Source: Eledone cirrhosa (Eukaryota). From it: a stretch of 64,000 nucleotides of DNA. Shown in pieces: positions 1 through 13,500 of this stretch. Every line of letters starts with the position of its first letter. The first letter of the stretch is position 1. A program made the position numbers and the translations under genes. Location of the stretch: NCBI GenBank assembly GCA_964016885.1, contig OZ024740.1, positions 412,362,001-412,426,000 on the forward strand, written 5' to 3'. The notes under the pieces are model-generated. The model did not search any database, had not been told where the DNA came from, and saw nothing but the letters and a program-made list of their open reading frames with translations.

Positions 1-360
1 AAGCATGCTGAATGTGAGTTACAAGATTAATTAGTTCTAGAAACGGTATCAGTTTGCCTCTGGTAATTCGCTTCATGACTTTGCTCGCAAGAGATGTCAG
101 TGAGTTAGAACTATAACGCTAGCATTTGTACTGATTCCCATTTTACTGAAGAGTTATAGTGTTCTTTTAATTTGTAGGAAGTTGAACATGTGATAAGAAT
201 ATTTGCAAAAATGTCGGCAGTGATTTTGCTAAAATTCTTCATGGTTTTAGTTAAAATCATTGGAAACACATCAAACCCTGAATCTGAGATTATGTCCATT
301 TCATTTATGGCTGATATTAAATAATCCCCATTTATACAATTGCAATCGATAGTTGTTGCA
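1..360 (-). pseudogene. Very degenerate LINE (CR1-like) RT N-terminal fragment
   Basis: Minus-strand translation YLISAINEMDIISDSGFDVFPMILTK...ANYQR resembles the I..AI..L...SA.GPD.FP.ILLK...ANYRP segment preceding RT domain 1; contains stops. Confidence 0.45.
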
Positions 361-1087
361 ATTCATAGAGCTAGAAATTTGCTATATCGTTCCTGCTCTG
401 TTGGGGAATAAAGTAGATAACCGTCATGTAAGAAAATACAATGTGAGTCATAGGTAACCGGGCAGTCCGACATTTATATTCCAAGTGATAATATTTACTA
501 AAATTCTGATAATACTTTACAAAGTTATAAATACATAAAAAAAATATAGTAAAAAATATGCAACTATGGCTGATCACACACAAATAAGTGATCATTCAAA
601 CGCTATTTGTGAAGTTAGCAATACAAATGTATTGATTGCCTACTTACTTGTGACTCACCCTATTGAAGCCCCACACACAAATTATGTAATAATTTGACTC
701 TTTAAAACCATTCTTTTACATGAATATTGTATGTTCATTGATTCTGGTAATTCATTATCAAATACATATGTTGACTCTATTTAATGAAATATAAAAAAAG
801 CATGTATAAATATACATATTTTCATATGTTATCACGATGCGTTCCTTTTGCATAGCAAGAAAATAAATGATATACCAATGGAAATGTCCAGAGCTAAAGA
901 TATATTCATAAATAAAAATGCAATTTTATATTCAATCTGTTTTAATTAAACAATCTATTCTGCAACGATTTTAATATAACTTGTGTATTTTCTACGGCGG
1001 TAGACTCTTAATTGAGGTATATTTCATTAATATTTTGAACTGAAATAGCGACAACATAGTGTCACCATTTTTGGCTCGCCATAATCT

Positions 1088-1325
1088 AATCTCTATATAT
1101 ATATAAATGTGCATGATTTACGTCCGTCCTTCCGTCACACACTAGAATGACTGAGGAAGGAAGGTGTGATGTTATTACGCACTAGAGATGACTGAGGAAG
1201 GAAGGGGTGATGACATCACGCAGTAGACATGATTGAGGAAGAAGGGGTGATGGTGTAACACACCAGAGATGACTGAGGAAGGAATAGATGATGACAAACA
1301 ATAGAAACAGCGGGTAATATTCATT
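1088..1325 (+). mobile_element. Short non-autonomous Helitron-like element containing a 4 x ~41 bp minisatellite
   Basis: Starts TCTATATATATATAAA...CGTCCGTCC; units ACTAGAGATGACTGAGGAAGGAAGGGGTGATG at ~1141, 1181, 1222, 1262; ends near CAGCGGGTAATA. No terminal CTAG seen. Confidence 0.4.
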
Positions 1326-4300
1326 ACACTTGTGTGTATAATCTAGACGCACACACGCACCCACACATACACCTACCCGTCAGCGTGTCGAAAAAATTCC
1401 ATTAAAATAAAAGACACTTATATAGTGTTTCTTATTACTTCTATGATCTCAATTACCACACCGCAATGTATGCTGATGGCATCGTGACTGTTCAACCCGT
1501 TTGACGTTGATCATAAAAGTTCTTAATCGACTGAATTCCTACTTGGGAAAATATCGTTTCAACAACTGATTACTCTACAGAGAATAACAGGAGGCGCTGC
1601 ATGACACCAGGTGACAAAGCTGGATCGCTCCGCAAGTTTAACTTTTGTGTAACATGTACATTTAAAGGAGAGGGGTGGAGAGAGGGAATCTTTTCTCACA
1701 TTCAAATGACACTTCATATATCGACTTCGACAGGATAAAAATGAAAGTAAATTTTGATCTGATTAGAACTCACAATGCTGAGATCGTGGATCAGTAAGGT
1801 TGTGTATTCTACTCCATCCTTTAAATACACTGCCACACTTATCATTAATAATATCGTTGTGAATCTTTTTGGCAAACATGCTCGAGTGTCCATCAAAATA
1901 TTTTGCAATATTTATTTACATACAATTCTTTCCAACTTCAGGTCACACTCATGGAACTTTCAGTTTCATTATTCCGCGATCAATAATGTATGTAGATGTC
2001 AACAATGAAGTCAGTTTAAACAACACTTTGTCTCCTTTGCCACATCCACATTCACACAGAGTCATATATGTGAACTTGTGAGATTTAAAATTACTTCCTC
2101 TTGCTTTAGGGTTGTTGCATGGTAGTACCTTTTGAAATGCAGTCAGAATAGTATTTTGTCTTCGGTTATTCCTCTTTATATCATGAGATGAGTTTTCAGT
2201 CTAACGACAAATGTTTGTCGATTAAATACACAGCTAGCAGCTACTTACACCATATAATAAAACGTTTTTTTTACTCTTAACAGGTGACACTTTGCTTATT
2301 TTAGATATTAAGACCATTAATATATGTGATGAGCAACGTGCATTATTATCTTTTCAAAATGTTTGGTGAATTAACAGAATCGTTACCGCATCGGAAAAAT
2401 GCTTTGATGTATTGCTACGAGATTTTACATTCTCAGATGAACAAGCACTAAGTTGTAGTAAGGTGTCTCCGTTGTCATGATTTGATAGATTTATTCTATA
2501 TACAGAAGCATTTGAAACACGAAATTCCCGTTACATTAGTTGCATTTTGATTTTGATTCTGCCATTACCTACTCCACTTTTTTTTTAGTGACAAAATCAT
2601 ACGAGTGAAAGACCATCAATCATCTTTCAATATAAGTCTTTCCTTTCCTGAATTTGTTCAGTTTGTTTATGAGTTCCTGTTGCTATCCCATGCCATTTTA
2701 GATATGAAACATTTCCTTTATTGTTTCGTTGTCAGTATTTTCTTGTTCTTTTTACACGTTATTAAGTGCTCTGACTTTTGTGTTTTTTTCTTAAATATCA
2801 TCACAACGTACACCAGATTATATACCCTTTTTGAATTGACCTTTATAATTTCCTTTAGCATCTATCATGCTCACTTTGAATCTGAAGATATTTTGGACTA
2901 TTTTGACATTCTACTTCCTTACATATCCTTGTTAAAACCTTTCATTCTTTATGGAGCCTTTACGTTTCTTAGTTTATTTTATTATCTTCCGTGCTATTTC
3001 TTTACGATTATCATTAATGTTGAAGTGCATTATCTAAAAATGCTCGAACTATAGTAACTTTTTATTACGCAGTTTCCTTTCTTCCGTCTTCAGACAATTC
3101 AATGGGAATGTAGTCGATAGAAGAGGGCAATTCAACTTTATACCAGAGAGATTGTCGAAAGAAATTTCTTGCAGTAGTTTAGGATATATTATTACGTTTT
3201 AAGTATAATTGCTGTCAGGTTAACTTTATATTTCAGAGCTTATATAATAAGTATCAGTCACGTACTGTGGTCTATTAGTCAATTGTAGCTTTGTCCCGGT
3301 GTTAGAAATCATTATCATGGCGATCATTTGTGTTAATATTAGTATCACTGCCATTATTTTCACCATTGAAATATCTGAAGCTGGAGCATTAATAACTGCG
3401 TGCTAATAACATTCATTTTTGGCTATCGGATATCAACATGAATGACAATGTTAGAAATTGCTTCATTGAAATCATAAGTATTGTATCTACAACAAATGTA
3501 GTAAATTATGAGATGTAAAAAAATATTTGATTTATGTGATAAATATTTAGAATATTAAAATCCACTGACAGAAATATAATTAATTGACTATATCTTAAAC
3601 ATCCAGTAACTTGAATAATTACTTTACATAACTTTAAGTAAGTCACTGATATCGTGCTGCATTATGTATCACAACGTTTTGTGCAATGTAAAAAGCGTTA
3701 TAACAATGCAAATTGGAGGAGTAGAGTGCTAAACAAATTATTAATATCGTTGATGTTATTGTTGTTCTGTTGTTGTTGTTGTTAGTTGTCTTGAACCCCG
3801 ACTCAGTTCTGATCGAATGTATACGTAATTAATGACTTCCATTCGTAAATATACACTTTCAGTTTCAGACTATGTATATATAGGTTGACATCAGTCATTT
3901 TCTGGAAATTATTGTATACGGAATTGAATATTCACTTTGAAACACTGTAATGATTTTCAAAATGGATATATATTTAATAGTTAAATCCTTCGGTGATCTG
4001 AAAAAGAGAGAATCTCTTTAATTTTATCTTTAAATCACCGAAAATATTTAATTGTAATGTCCATTATTTATATTGATTTAAGTAATTAATTGTCGAGAGG
4101 TGTTGGAAGAGATACTTACCACGTATCATACACGATATTAAACTGACAAAAACGTTTGACAAATTTATCCATCAAGGATGAAGCAGCTCATTTTCTGTGA
4201 TATGAATTGAAAACAATAAAAAGATATTCAATTTCACAAAGGTTATATATTAATTGACCCAATAGCAGAACAATACTTACAAATTTCCTCATAGAGGTAA

Positions 4301-4925
4301 CGCAGTTTTCAAATCAAATTGTGGCCAATATTCGAAAGATTAAGAACTAAACAGGAGCAAATGGAAATATAAGCATACACATAAACGCGTGCACATAATA
4401 TACATATACAAATATTTGTATAAAGATACATGTGTGCAGGTATATGGGTGAAATGTTACTAGTTTAAATGCTACTAAGACTTTATCATATTGGTATTCGA
4501 TATTTAAATGCAAGTAGAGAATAGTGAGTATTCAAACACAAGCTCGTTTACTATTCAGTTAAATTTACTCCAATTTCATTATATTTTAAATGATTTACTC
4601 GTGAATACATGATTTACACTAAGATGAAGCTATCCAACTGACATTAGGTATACACAAAATATGCTAAAGAGAAAGTAATAAATAAATAAAGAATATAATT
4701 TTATTTTAATTTTTTTTCTTCTTTGGCATTAATTTAATGAGCCAGACTTTAAATAAAGATAATTAACTACGGTAAAATAATGTTGTCAGAAAATATATGA
4801 TATATATTGCAGTAGAAATGATAAGAGTTACCACTATATAGAAAAGGTTATATATTGAGGATGTGAAAACAAAATAAAAAGGGATACGTACAACCTACGT
4901 GACGATTTTAGCGCCAACAAATAAT

Positions 4926-5109
4926 TGTTTCTACTTTTGGCACAAGGCCAGTAATTACTCAGTACATTACTGGTACTTTATTTTATCGACCCTGTAAGGA
5001 TGGAAGGCAAAGTTAACCTCGATGGGATTTGAACCCAGACCGTAAAGGGATGTAACTATGCTGGAAAGCATGGCGTCCGACACTCTATCAATACTGCCAA
5101 TTCAGCGCC
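4926..5109 (-). mobile_element. tRNA-derived SINE, copy 1
   Basis: On the minus strand: A-box TGGCAGTATTGATAG, B-box GGTTCAAATCC, core TTGCCTTCCATCCTTACAGGGTCGATAAAATAAAGTACC, tail GGCCTTGTGCCAAAAGTAGAAACAATTATT. TSD AGCGCCAACAAATAAT at 4910-4925 and 5104-5119. Confidence 0.9.
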
Positions 5110-5354
5110 AACAAATAATGTAGCTCTAACAGTGCCATTTTAAAAAATGAGTCTCAATTGAGATAACCGGTGAGAAGCGTGCGGAATAAAATGCGTACCT
5201 TTAAAATAAAGGGTTATGGTAATTTCAATAATTATGAAAAGTAATATTATATTAAACTATGCAAATTGTATCATACAAATCCTGTAATTTTAAGACTACT
5301 ATTAAGTGAATGAATGTGTGCAAAAAACGACACACACACACGCCCTCTCTCTCT

Positions 5355-5390
<36 letters not shown>

Positions 5391-5430
5391 AAAATAAAAT
5401 TAAAATTTTTATTTTTTATTCTTCCTTCTA

Positions 5431-5975
5431 CATGGCTGAATACAATAAATGTAATCTGGGTTTTTCGAATATTAATAATAATATTCGATTCGTTTGCAAT
5501 TATGCAAATAAGCCTCATTTTTAAAGCCATGTCAGTAGAATGAACGCCACATTTTTGCTCTTGTGTTGGCATGTAAACAGAACTGCAGATATTAATGTTT
5601 CTGGGTATGACCCTTCATCAGTACAGTTCATTGTTCACCTGCCAAACTGTCAGAGCTAGTGAAAATATATGATATTTTCTAAAGTATACAGTGACTGATC
5701 GGCCTGATGTGCATATTAGCAGACTGGCTGATCAGTCAGATCAGTATATTAGTAGATCCACTGATCAGCCAGATTTGCATATTAGCAGGCTGGCTAGTCA
5801 GTTTCCTGTATACGGCCGATCAATGACCGGCTTTGCCATATTCAAATAACATTTTTTAAATGTTCGCTCTCCATGGGTGAATACAATAAATGTAATCTGA
5901 GTTTTTCGAATACTTATAATAATATTCGATTCGTTTGCAACTATGCAAACAAGCCTCATTTTAAAAGGCATGTCA
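5431..5975. repeat. ~105 bp direct duplication (5431-5533 / 5872-5974) bracketing a hammerhead motif and short CTGATCAG/CATATTAG repeats; probable Penelope pLTR relic
   Basis: CATGG.TGAATACAATAAATGTAATCTG...AAGCCTCATTTT.AA.G.CATGTCA occurs twice about 440 bp apart. Confidence 0.7.
5580..5629 (-). ncRNA. Minimal type I hammerhead ribozyme motif, slightly degenerate
   Basis: Minus strand reads GAACTGTA-CTGATGA-aGGGTcatACCCa-GAAA-cATTAATa-TC-TGCAGTTC; stem I GAACTGTA/TGCAGTTC, palindromic loop III ATTAAT. Confidence 0.7.
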
Positions 5976-5989
5976 CAAGAGTGACTCAT

Positions 5990-8900
5990 TCTACTGACAT
6001 GGCTTTAGCATATTGTTCTTTTCCGTCCATTGGATAACAGCCAGTAGATCAGATTGGAGGCATATCCGGTCATCCACGGCATCCATGACCTTCTGTAACC
6101 TGGAATCATCTGTGAAGATTATCATGCAGCTGTGCTTGATGATGTCAGTAATGTCATTAACATAGATAATGAAAAGAAGTGGACCCAACACAGTGCCCTG
6201 TGGGACAACACTACTGACTTTTGCTGGGCTGGATGTTACTCATTCGACTACAGCATGTAGGGCTCTGTTTGACGGGAAACACTTGATCCACTGCAGCAAG
6301 TTTTCCATGACACCAATGTTGGATAGTTTTCTCAGTAGAATGTTGTTATCAACCCTGTCAAAAGCCTAAGTGAAATCAGGGTAGATGACAGCAGTGTTGG
6401 AGCCCTCTCCCAAATTCTCAAAATGTCATGAAAACTGGGACAACAGACTGGGATAGTAAGTTTTCAAGTGAGTTACTCCGCAGATTAGCCAGAGGAGATA
6501 CGAGTTGGTGTCGACATACCTTCGGACACAAGCAGGGAACCTATCGGGGCCTACCGCTAAATTTTTTTAGTTTATTTTATTGTCGCTAAGACATCGGGGG
6601 AGCCAAACGTTATTTCCGATATACTGCGTTGGGAATAACATCACTGATACAGCCCAGATCAGCCATATCAAGATTGTTGAAAATAGAGAAGTATTGTTTC
6701 TGCAGTATCTCACCCATGGTTTTAGCATTATCTTTAAGAGTGTCATTTTCATTAAATAGAGGTCCAACAGTGGAGCCAGTGACTTTTCTTTTTCGTAAAT
6801 GGGTTTGATTTTCTCAATGGCCCAGGCCTCTTCAGTTGCTCTTCGATGGATATCATGCTGTTTGGGAAGTTATGTTTTTTCGATTCTAGGGATGTACTGG
6901 TAGTCAAATGGGTGTGTCACTGATGGCAGTATTTCAGTTTGTTGATTTTTTTGTTAATTCTTTCAATTTTTCTAAGTGTTCTTCTATTTCTAGGGATTCT
7001 GCACTTAGATTTTTGTTTACAGATCTTAATGGAGTATGATTTTCACATATATTTGTTAGTGTCTACAAATATCTGCCATGATTTGTTTATGTTAGTGGGT
7101 GTATGACTGTGTGTGAAAGATCAATCGACATGTGCAAGATCATGATTCATCGCTTCCCAGTTCCAGTTTGCATTATGGAGATCCATGGTGTCAAATGGAT
7201 GAGCTTGAAAGATGTCATTGGGTTTGCCTTTTGGACTGTAGAATCTCAGATCACAGAGAATCATGTCATCTTCTAAGAGTAGAGATTTTGTCCGCTGCTA
7301 TATTGTGGAAAGTGTCAGTGTGATTACTAAACATTAGGTCCAAATCGTCTTTGTGGTAGTTGGCTTGTTCGAGCAAAACTTGGGAGAGAAAAACTCATCC
7401 ATGAAGTCAAGAAGCGAATCTACCGCCTCCTTGTCAAGGGTTGAGGCGGAAAAATCTTGTATCAATCTGTTTGTGGACCACTCAATACCGGGGAGATTGA
7501 AGTCCCCCATCATTAAGATGTTGCTAGGGTGACACTGTTGGATGAAAGACTTTATGCTGTTGCGGCATTCATTGAAGCATTTCGGGTGGTCTACAAAGCC
7601 AAACTACTATTAAGTTGGTAGTTTTACTGTACAAAGTGACTGATTTACAGTATCCATTGGAAAATATGTTCTTAGCCTCTGTCAAAATAAATCTGCCAGC
7701 GCCCACGCGATCTGCACAGATAGCTTTCAAATTTTCACTTTCACCTCGGCTTCCAAAGGAAAAGGGATTCCGATGGGTTTCGGTGAAGACGAAGAATGGA
7801 ATGTGGTTAGGATAGTCATCAACCCAATCCTCAAGAAATTTAATCTTCCATTTTTGAGTATTGGTAGAAGGGCTGATGCCTTGAGCATTAAGCAAAAATG
7901 TTGAGGCTAGAGTGGTGGTTGATTTCAATTGTTTTGGGGGTTTGTTTATTAATGGCAGCAATGGGAGTTTGTGCAGTGGAGTGGTAGTAGATTGTGGTGT
8001 TGGGTGATGATTAGAATTATATTTTGTAGTTCTTTTCCGTGTTTTAGCACTTGATGAGGTTACTGGTGGTTGTGGTGGTGTTACTTTTGAATATGTGCTT
8101 TGGTGTCGGCTGTTGTTGTTTGTAAAGATCAAACGTTTCTTTCCGGGTAAATAAGTACATTTGCAGTCTCTGGCAGTACATAATACATTACGTAAAGAGT
8201 ATCGGCAAATGATGGGGTTTCGAGGGAGTGTATAAGTGTGTGTTGTAAGAGGTATAGATGATAATTTGTGTAGGTTTAGGTGTCCTGTGTGAGCTGTGAG
8301 AGGTAAATTCCATGAGATAGTAGGACGCAAAGACGTTGTTTTGGGGTTGATAGTAGTAATAGTTAGAGAAGATGTTGACAGTGATGATGATGATGAGTTA
8401 TTGCATGATTGAAATATTGGGCATTTAGAGGAAGTGATTTTTCGGTTTCTGGCTGTTAGCAGCTGGGATATGAAAGTTTGATGGTTTCATTTAGTAGGTC
8501 ATCCATTGTGGTTGAATACACCTGATGTTGCCGGGATCGTAAAGAAAGCAGAAAAAAAATATACAACAGTGTTTGTCCCATGTAGCAAATTACCAGAAGG
8601 CTGGGTCACCAGTTGATGGGCAACCAGAAACAAACCAAATTGCAAGTGCTTACCAATGTGTCCGAAGACGGAAGTGCTGAACTCCCGCTGTCATCGCCTC
8701 CATCTCTGTCGCCCTCCTCATCTCTCTGTATTATGAGAAAATAGGGTCCCACGTGCAGGCCACCCCGCAGCCCCAGCGAACTGAATGGAGATGGACTTCC
8801 CCCTTGGATGGTAAGGGAGATGTGCTGGAAGAGTCATTCAATCTTGCGTGACACACATCTGCGGCTCGCCAGCTCAGCACCTATGGAGTTAAGTAGTGAG

Positions 8901-9400
8901 GTAGCCCTAGGGCCAAGGACACCAGAAGTCTCCACTGCCAAGGGCACGACCGCAAACCTGTCGGAGAGCGAGCGGTACTTGGAGTGTTGATTTTGGGAGT
9001 GATTTTAACTATTGTTGTTCAGAATGAGCAATATTTGAATATAATTTGTTGCTGAATTTATTGTTGTTGTTGCTAAATTTACTGCTGTTTTTATTGCTGA
9101 AGTTGTTGTTGTGCTGGTGGTGTTGGGTGCTGCTGAACAGTGTTTGAAGTAAAACACATTTTAGTTTATCAGAATATATGTTAATTAAGTTAAATGAAAC
9201 TTCAATTTGTTTTAGTTTGTTTTGAATCTGCTGTTCTAAACGGGTTTTTAAAAGATGAACTTTCCGCTTAGCAATTTCGTTCAGACATGAAGCACTCATG
9301 TTTTCCGTTTGGGTAAGGCACACCAGTTTTCTTTGGACTTTTCTTCAGTAGCCATTCTGGTGTGACTATATTTTATTTTATTTCTTATTTACTCTTTGTG
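5990..9400 (-). mobile_element. Decayed CR1-like LINE (ORF1 remnant, APE, RT)
   Basis: RT motifs GTVLGPLLFIIYVND...IFTDDSRL (5991-6210) and YPDF.KAFDRVD (~6350-6385); APE motifs FLLNAQGI..FFVFTETH (7780-7900) and ILMMGDFNLP (~7490-7520); Cys motif ICRYSLRNVLCTARDCK upstream; many stops and deletions. Confidence 0.8.
8540..8990 (-). mobile_element. 5'-truncated CRE-like (RLE) non-LTR 3' fragment nested in the CR1-like element
   Basis: Minus translation HSKYRSLSDRFAVVPLAVETSGVLGPRATSLLNSIGAELASRR...LFQHISLTIQGG matches the KY...F.PLAVET.G.LG...LFQR.S..IQRGN C-terminus of CRE-clade proteins. The left boundary is approximate. Confidence 0.7.
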
Positions 9401-9884
9401 GGTTTGTGAGTGTGTGGGTTCCCTGATTCATTTAGGATATTCAGAGAGAAGTATGTAGAATAGTTTGTGAAGGTATGTTTCAACACTGAGAAATTTGTGT
9501 TTGTACGAAATACGGAGGATAGTTCCGTAAGATCTATGAAATAAAATTCAGAAAATGTGGCATTTTAGGATCTGTACAATACCAGTTGGCTAGATAGAAA
9601 AGGGAGGTCAATATATTTGGCCCAGATACCTGGAAGATCATCACTGCTAGAGAAAGAAAAAATAGTGCTGACTGGCATTGTCCATGTCCTGATAAGGGTA
9701 TTATCAATTTAAAAACCTTGCAAAGATATTTATTGATGTTTGAACACTTGTGGCATCATTTGTATGACAATTAGTTATAAAATGCCGTGTTATTAAATCT
9801 TAACTCAGGTGTTAGTTTGACACTTGGCGTGATAGGGGACAAGCAGAATTCCAAGGAAGTTTCAAGAAATAATAAAAATAATAA

Positions 9885-10302
9885 TAATGAGGTGAAGTTT
9901 GAACAGAACAAACTAGATGTTGTGGTAAATGAGAAGGAGAGAAACTGTACCATCATAGCTGAAAGAAGGGGCTTATACTGACATCAATTATGAGATCTCT
10001 TGAAATGTTGGAGTAACGAAGTGAAGCGTAACCATTATACTAGTGGTAAGTGGTGCTCTTGGCATCGTGACAAATAGCCTTGAAAACTGCCTGTCGAAAA
10101 TAAACTTTACCAAGGGTTTAACTGCGTTTGAAAACATGCCTACTGGGATCATCGCAAACATTGCGAAATGTTCTGGACTTCCAGCAGTTATAAAATGACA
10201 AGGAATAGTATAAAAAAGTTGGTGTTACCTTAGGTTACTAGTTATAACTCGTTCCTCCATAAAATAATCGGCCCAAATTTGGTCGTTGTTAGATAGCTTA
10301 TA
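9885..10302 (+). mobile_element. Old R4/Dong-like LINE 3' fragment
   Basis: Translations VTIILVVSGALGIVTNSLENCL and KTCLLGSSQTLRNVLD resemble the R4-clade C-terminus; starts after AATAATAAT and its 3' UTR ends in AATAATAAT. Confidence 0.65.
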
Positions 10303-10579
10303 AAAATAATAATGATTTCATTTATTAGCCACAAGGGCTGACATATAGGGCACAATACAAAAGACTGGGACAGTGGGGTTTTACAGAAAAATCGAGTAAA
10401 CAATATGAATAACAATAACAAAGTAACAATTAAGTAACAATAAAATTACAAGAAAAAATTCCCCAATAGGGGGGATGACCACCTAGGTTTCGCTCAGGTA
10501 CCCCACCAGTCCTGAACGACCCGACACTTCGAGAGCACCCTGGAAGGGCACCCCTCTCCTCCTAAAATTTACCTACCTA

Positions 10580-13500
10580 CAACCGCATGACCAGAGTAGG
10601 CCCACTCACACGGGCCATTCTCGCCACATTCACCTACCTTTCAGCAAATGTACTGGGAGCAGCACTTCTCTCTCCACCCTCACCTTCCTTTCCAAGTGAA
10701 ACTTGAAAAAGTTGATGAGGGATTGGCCGAAGAGAAAAGTGTCTGTCTTCAGTCCTTTCAACCTCGTCCACCATACAACCTCTTTCGCTACTGCCACCAG
10801 ACAGAGGAAAATTGCCTGCCCTTCCTGGCCAAAATAAGGCGGCGGGTCGATCTTCACTATGGACTCGGCCGATAGCCGGATCCGTTCTACACGCGACAAC
10901 AGCTGTTCAGCATATCTCCACAAGTCAGTAATGCACGGACACTGGACGAGTGCGTGCAGAACGGTTTCGTCTCTCTGCGCGCATCTCGAGCAGGTCCGGC
11001 TGACAGCACTTCCGTGCCTGTAGAGTTTATCTCGAACCGGCAGTGCCCCCCGTTAGCACTGCCAAGCTCGAAAGTCCTCCGGTACAGACTGGTTAGTTCG
11101 ACTTCGTTAACTCCCAGAGCCTCTCCGAGTGCGTCGTCGCACTTGCCCACCAATAATCCTCTATAGAACTCGAGAGTGGAAGTTCCACTGATCGCATTGC
11201 CCGCCTGGTAGAGGGCTGTGAATGATTGGCAACATTCCAGATGCCAGTCACCCAGTCTCGGTCTCTTCTTGACCCAGGACTGTAGCTCAGTCAAAGAAAC
11301 GAGCTGCGGAAAGGACCGTCTGACAAACGGCGACCACACCTGTTCACCGTTTAGACCGAATATCTGGAGATGCCGCAGCCTCAGCGCGTGCCTGCGCATC
11401 ATTAGCCACGGCATGCCCAGCCCTCCACGTAGAGGGTGCTGGCAGCAGATGGACCGCCTCACCAGCGGAACCTGACCCCTCCACAAGAATTTGAAGAGGA
11501 ACCGCTCCAAGATTGCGAGGCGCGAACGGGGGCAAGGGACGACGGTCAGACGGTAGTAGATGAAGGACGCGATGTACGCGTTCGCCACCTCCGCCGGACC
11601 TTTCAGTGATAGCTTCATCCCAGCCCATTTCTGGGTGAGACTGGCTAACCTGCCCGTCACCTCGTCCCAATTCTTATCCATCTGGAGGTCTGGCCCGAAC
11701 CAAACCCCTAGCAACTTTACCGGTCCGTCCGTCCAGCGCCTAACGACGCTGTTGGACGGCATGGACTTGTCTCTCCAGGTGTCGAGTTGCAAGCCCACCG
11801 ACTTTTCCGGGTTAAGTTTTGCTCCCGTCAACCTTTCATATTCCTCCAATTTTGCCTACCACCTCGATTTCTGAGGTGTCCGACACCATCACGGTGATGT
11901 CGTCCGCATAAGCTGACACAGCCTTTCCGCGTCCCGGTTCGAGCGGTATGCCCTGCAACAGCTCCAGCCTCCGTAGTAAAAGCTCGAGAGACAATACGTA
12001 CAGAGGGGAGGAGAGAGGGCACCCTTGACGGACCGATCGGGAGACCTGAAACGGTTCCGAGAGGTGGCCATTAATTTTGACCATCGAGCAGGTGCCGCTG
12101 TGCATTGCTGCGATCCAGCTTCTGAAGACGGGGCCGAAGCCAGCCGCCTTGAGAAAAGCCTCCAGGTACCGATGGTCGACCCTATCGAATGCTTTCGATT
12201 GATCTAAATTGATCAGAGCCCCACCGAAGCCAGGTTTACGCCTTACCCTCTCTATGATGTATCGCAGGTGGAGGTTGTCGTGTATGGACCTGGTTGGGAT
12301 TGCGCAAGTTTGCGCCTCCCCAACCAAATCCCAACGACAAGCGCCAACCTCTTCGCTAACACCCTGGCCAAAATCTTAAACTCTGTGTTGAGCAGAGTTA
12401 TGGGCCTGAAATTGTCTAATGTGTCCCTCTTGTTCTCGTCTTTGCTTATCAGCGTCACTACGCCCCGGCTCACAGAACTGGGAATACTCCCGTTTTGCTG
12501 TCAGTTGCAGTAGAGGGCTTCGAGGAGATTGGAGAACAAGTCTGGTATATTTACGTAAAGCTTGTAGGGCAGATCATCCAAACTAGGTAATTTGCGCCTC
12601 ATGCAGCCGACAAGGGCATCCTGAATCTGGGCTGAAGTAATTGGCCTTTCGTAGCGCCCAGCGTCAGCCGTCGAGAGTTGCGGCAAGCCACCGAGGTAGG
12701 GAGTGAATTCTGCCACCATCTCTGACCGCCACTTCCCCCGAACAACCGAGCAAAATGTTGGCGAAAGGCCTCACACATCCTCTTAGAATCGCTCAGCTCG
12801 TGCCCATCTCGGTCCGTCAAAGACCGAATCGTGGTTTTATTACCACGCTCCGCCTCTGCCACGCGGGCCCATCGAACAGCTTTGGTTCCCTCGTTTCTCA
12901 GAGCACGCGCCTTAGCTCTGACAATGCAACCTTCGTGTTTCGCATTGAAGAAATGGTCTAATGCCGCTAGCACATCAGTTGCAATGCCACTACCAATAGC
13001 CTCGTCTAACTTATCTACCAACTCCCCCTCCTTTCTATTTTTCTATAACGCTACTTCTTTGCTAAACTCTATCGACATTACTCTAATCTCTCTTTTGAGA
13101 GCCCCCCACCATCTATTGTTGACGATTCCCCCTGTCAACTGTTTCTTAAATAAATTGTTGACCTGGTCCCTGTAAGCCTTACGTGCCGGAAATGACATGT
13201 TTAGCTTCCAGTAACCAGGTCCTAACCTACGCCTCTTATCTAGGTCGATCATACAGATCACAAACTTGTGATCTGAATGGGCGACCGTTTCAAAACGTGG
13301 ACAGCTTACACTATTTCTGTCTATTTTCCTTATGAATATCCTGTCTATATACGATCTAGATGACCCTATGCGGTTAGCCCAGGTCCACACTGGCGCATTA
13401 GGGAAATCTAGTCTGTATCTGTCAGACAGTTGGAACTGGCTGATCAGGTTCTTGAGGCTTTTGCACCCCCGCTGCTAACGGATACTCCCACACAGTCCCA

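Noticed and set aside
1700-2100. Possible decayed C2H2 zinc-finger exon on minus (CECGCGK, KFHECD, DKCGSVF)
   Set aside because: No complete CX2CX12HX3H motif in one frame; too degenerate to support.
2605-3054. 149-aa hydrophobic ORF as a membrane protein
   Set aside because: GTG start, T-rich composition bias, no recognisable motif or splice support.
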